Positions 61,701 to 64,000 of a stretch of 64,000 nt of DNA are shown here, piece after piece. This stretch comes from Heterodontus francisci (Eukaryota). Numbering within the stretch: the first letter of the stretch is position 1; each line of letters begins with the position of its first letter. The stretch spans positions 124,791,593-124,855,592 of the forward strand of contig NC_090378.1 in the NCBI RefSeq assembly GCF_036365525.1, written 5' to 3'. A model generated the notes under the pieces. The model ran no database searches, had not been told where the DNA came from, and was given only the letters and a program-made list of their open reading frames with translations. Position numbers and translations under genes: made by a program.

Positions 61701-64000
61701 CTGCAGATGTGTTACTCTGAGTGTGGGTGTGTTACACAGTACTGTCTGCAGATGTGTGTCTCTGAGTGTGGGTGTGTTACACAGTACTGTCAGTAGATGT
61801 GTATCTCTGAGTGTGGGTGTGTTACACAGTACTGTCTGTAGGTGTGTGTGTCTGAGTGTGGGTGTAATACCCAGTACTGTCTGTAGGTGTGTGTCTCTGA
61901 GTGTGAGTGTGTCACCCAGTACTGTCTGTAGGAGTGTATCTCTGAGGGTTGGTGTGTTACCCAGTATTGTCTGTAGGTGTGTGTCTCTGAGTGTGAGTGT
62001 GTTTCCCAATACTATCTGTAGGTGTGTGTCTCTGAGTATGAGTGTCTTACCCAGTACTATCTGTAGGTGTGTGACTGTGGGTATGAATGTTACCCAGTAC
62101 CGTCTGTAGGTGGGTATCTCTGAGTGTGGGTGCGACTGTTACCCAGTACTGTCTGTCGATGTGTGTCTCTGAGTGTGGGGGTGTTACCCAGAATGACTGT
62201 AGGTGTGTGTCTCTGAGTATGAGTGTGTTACTCAGTACTGTCTGTAGATGTGTGTCTCTGAGTGTGGGTGTATTACCCAGTACTGTCTGTACGTGAGTCT
62301 GTCTCTGAGTCTGAGTGTGTTACCCACTACTGTCTGTAGATGTGTATCTCTGAGTGTGGGTGTGTTACCCAGACTGAATGTAGGATTGTGTCTCTGAGTG
62401 TGAGTGTGTTACCCAGTACCGTCTGTAGACGATTGTCTCCGAGTGTGAGTGTGTTACCGAGTACTGTCTGTAGATGCGTATCGCTGAGTGTGGGTGTGTT
62501 ACCCAGACTGACTGTAGGTGTGTGTTTCTGAGTGTGAGTGTGTTACCCAGAATTGTCTGTCTGTGTGTGTATCTGAGTGTGAGTGTGTTACCTAGTACTG
62601 TCTGGAGGAGTGTGTCTCTGAGTGCGGGTTGTCACCCTGTACTGTCTGTAAGTGTGTGTCTCTGAGTTTGGGTGTGTTACCCAGTACTGTCTGCAGATGA
62701 GTGTCTCTGAGTGTGGGTGTGTAACCCAGTACTGTCTGTAGATGTGTGTCTCTGAGTGTGGGTGTGTTACCCAGTACTGTCTGTAGGTGTGTGTCTCTGA
62801 GTGTGGGTGTGTTACCCAGTACTGTCTGCAGGTGAGTGACTCTGAGTGTGGGTGTGTTACCCAGTACTGTCTGTAGGTGTGTGTCTCTGAGTTTGAGTGT
62901 GTTACCCAGTACTGTCTGTAGGTGAGTGTCTCTGAGTGTGGGTGTGTTACCCAGTACTGTCTGTAGGTGTGTGTCTCTGAGTGTGGGTGTGTTACCCAGT
63001 ACTGTCTGTAGGTGTGTGTCTCTGAGTGTGGGTGTGTTACCCAGGACTGTCTGTAGGTGTGTGTCACTGAGTGTGGGTGTGTTACCCAGTACTGTCTGTA
63101 GGTGTGTGTCACTGAGTGTGGGTGTGTTACCCAGTACTGTCTGCAGGTGTGTGTCTCTGAGTGTGGGTGTGTTACCCAGTACTGTCTGTCGGTGTGTGTC
63201 ACTGAGTGTGGGTGTGTTACCCAGGACTGTCTGTAGGTGTGTGTCACTGAGTGTGGGTGTGTTACCCAGTACTGTCTGTAGGTGTGTGTCTCTGAGTGTG
63301 GGTGTGTTACCCAGTACTGTGTGTTGGTGTGTGTCACTGAGTGTGGGTGTGTTACCCAGTACTGTCTGTAGATGGGTGTCACTGAGTGTGGGTGTGTGTC
63401 TCTGAGTGTGGGTGCGTTACCCAGTACTGTCTGTCGGTGTGTGTCACTGAGTGTAGGTGTGTTACCCAGTACTGTCTGTAGGTGTGTGTCACTGAGTGTG
63501 GGTGTGTTACCCAGTACTGTCTGCAGGTGTGTGTCTCTGAGTGTGGGTGTGTTACCCAGTACTGTCTGTCGGTGTGTGTCACTGAGTGTGGGTGTGTTAC
63601 CCAGGACTGTCTGTAGGTGTGTGTCACTGAGTGTGGGTGTGTTACCCAGTACTGTCTGTAGGTGTGTGTCTCTGAGTGTGGGTGTGTTACCCAGTACTGT
63701 GTGTAGGTGTGTGTCACTGAGTGTGGGTGTGTTACCCAGTACTGTCTGTAGATGGGTGTCTCTGAGTGTGGGTGTGTGTCTCTGAGTGTGGGTGCGTTAC
63801 CCAGTACTGTCTGTAGGTGTGTGTCACTGAGTGTGGGTGTGTGTCTCTGAGTGTGGGTGTGTTCCCCAGTACTGTCTGTAGATGGGTGTCTCTGAGTGTG
63901 GGTGTGTGTCTCTGAGTGTGGGTGTGTTACCTAGTTCTGTCTGTAGGTGTGTGTCACTGAGTGTGGGTGTGTTCCCCAGAGCTGTCTGTAGGTGTGTGTC
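49707..64000. repeat. 45-bp tandem satellite (~315 units, continues beyond right edge), GT-rich on + strand
   Basis: Unit GTTACCCAGTACTGTCTGTAGGTGTGTGTCTCTGAGTGTGGGTGT. Confidence 0.98.

Noticed and set aside
49616-63785. Long (up to 301 aa) THPHSETHTYRQYWV / LQTVLGNTPTLRDTH ORFs resembling mucin or zinc-finger repeats
   Set aside because: The 45-bp unit preserves frame; there is no C2H2 spacing, unique terminus or splice evidence.

Overview
Repeat-saturated cartilaginous-fish (shark-type) genomic window. The only host gene content I can support is an immunoglobulin light-chain J segment with a 23-bp-spacer RSS (22860-22933) spliced across a ~10 kb intron to an intact single-exon constant domain (32957-33285), most similar from memory to elasmobranch type I (NS5 / sigma-cart) light chains. 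No V segment, leader or 12-RSS is visible in the 22.8 kb upstream; that space holds a CR1 LINE, a GA/CA microsatellite, a G-rich tract, a 3'-truncated RTE LINE and a >17 kb 61-bp satellite. About two thirds of the window is four tandem arrays (61, ~60, 26 and 45 bp units); the three long ones show kb-scale higher-order duplications, and the ~60-bp array lies between the C stop codon and the first AATAAA. The rest is deeply nested transposable-element debris: CR1, a second CR1/L2-group LINE, RTE, L2, three tRNA-type SINE families, a solo LTR carrying two perfect octamer motifs, a hAT-like MITE and a Harbinger Myb/SANT relic. Nearly all ORFs in the supplied track are repeat artefacts or LINE fragments.
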